64,000 nucleotides of DNA, taken from contig NC_086120.1 in NCBI RefSeq assembly GCF_963921235.1, positions 22,010,001-22,074,000 of the forward strand, written 5' to 3'. How positions within the stretch are numbered: the stretch's first letter is position 1; each line of letters starts with the position of its first letter. Positions 62,884 through 64,000 of the stretch are shown piece after piece. This DNA comes from Mobula hypostoma. Lineage: Eukaryota. The position numbers were made by a program, and so were the translations under genes. The notes beneath the pieces were generated by a model. It ran no database searches. It saw only the letters and a program-made list of their open reading frames with translations, and was not told the DNA's origin.

Positions 62884-64000
62884 GTAGGTGTAGCTCTAGG
62901 TCTGGACATGTTGAACTTGGGGGCCGCCTGAGGAAAATCAAAGGATAAACACACCATATTGGGATGGAGGGCTGCAGCTTTAAACCACTGAAAAATGCAG
63001 GACCGATAAGAATTTATTTTGCAGAACAAGTTTATGGTCTGGGGTGCACTGATTAAAATGTCGTAGTGAGACGATTCAGTAATAACCTTCAAGGAAATGG
63101 GATAAATCGATAAAGAAAACTATTGCAGAGCCTTAAGGAGAAGGCCATAGGACTGAGTAATGGGATTATACAGAGGGTTCACATTCTCGCCTCTTCTGCC
63201 CTAAAGCAGTAAATGCTGGAAACATTCGGCAGGCCAGTCACCTCCTCAAACAGTTTTTTAAAAAAATATTGCATTCTGTATTGGTGAGATCAGGATGTTC
63301 TGTCTGCCAGTAGTCATCTATAGCTCCTGGTTGCAAGTCATTTTTCCACTTTCACACTCCAACCTGTCTGTACTCAACCGCTTCCATTGCCAGGGTAAAG
63401 CCAAATGCAACTAGAGGCACGGCACCTCGCTCTGCTTGGGTAGTTACAACCAGATGGCTTGAACATCTACTACTCTTAATTTCAGAATTCTCTAATCTCC
63501 CTTTTCTTCCTCATCTTCCTGCTCTACCTAGTTCTTCCCATATAAGCCCAAACTCTGCCTGATCACATTATTCCTTCCTGCCCTCCAGGTACTCCATTTG
63601 CCCCTCACTCAGACGTTCATTTTACTGGGATCCCTCCCTCCACATTTCCTATGTGTTCACCCCAGTTCCTTTATTTGGTTCCGTGCTCCACTTTCCTATC
63701 AGATTCCCTCATTTGCAACCCACCTATTACTTGCCAGCTCGTGTTATACCCTTTCCCTTCACCACTTTCAGTCAAGATGAAGGGTGTTTGACCAGGAGTA
63801 TAAGCTGTCCATTTTTTTCCACAGATGCTGCCTGGCCCACCAAGTTTGTCTATTTGTCTAACAGTTTGGCATTTTGCACCAGCTTCCAGCATCTGTCATC
63901 TCCTGTGAGTCCAACAAGTTAAATGTTTCAGGTGCACAGCTCATCATCGGAGTTGACAGATTTAATTCCATTAAAGGGACCAGGACATGAAGTGTTAACT

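Overview
Vertebrate genomic DNA, probably a cartilaginous fish (inferred from the CR1/Rex1/Penelope/V-SINE repeat mix); a large share of the window is transposon-derived. By hand-splicing I get three complete genes with canonical GT-AG introns and consistent phases: ADMP (+, 5 coding exons, 375 aa TGF-beta family ligand), POLE4 (-, 4 exons, 118 aa histone-fold protein) and a NIM1K-like AMPK-related kinase (+, 3 coding exons, 435 aa). The first coding exon of NDUFA11 (+) follows, and there are possibly the last two exons of an unidentified gene at the left edge. Notable observations: the kinase has Met where the conserved activation-loop Thr should be; Penelope-derived elements carry minimal hammerhead ribozyme motifs, one intact and in sense within POLE4 intron 1; a 94-bp-arm near-perfect palindrome lies in the kinase intron; no pinhead gene is visible upstream of ADMP; and several nested or templated TE insertions have readable target-site duplications (TSDs). 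I see no convincing wholly new multi-gene system. Family names come from recalled sequence similarity, not from searches, and repeat boundaries are approximate.
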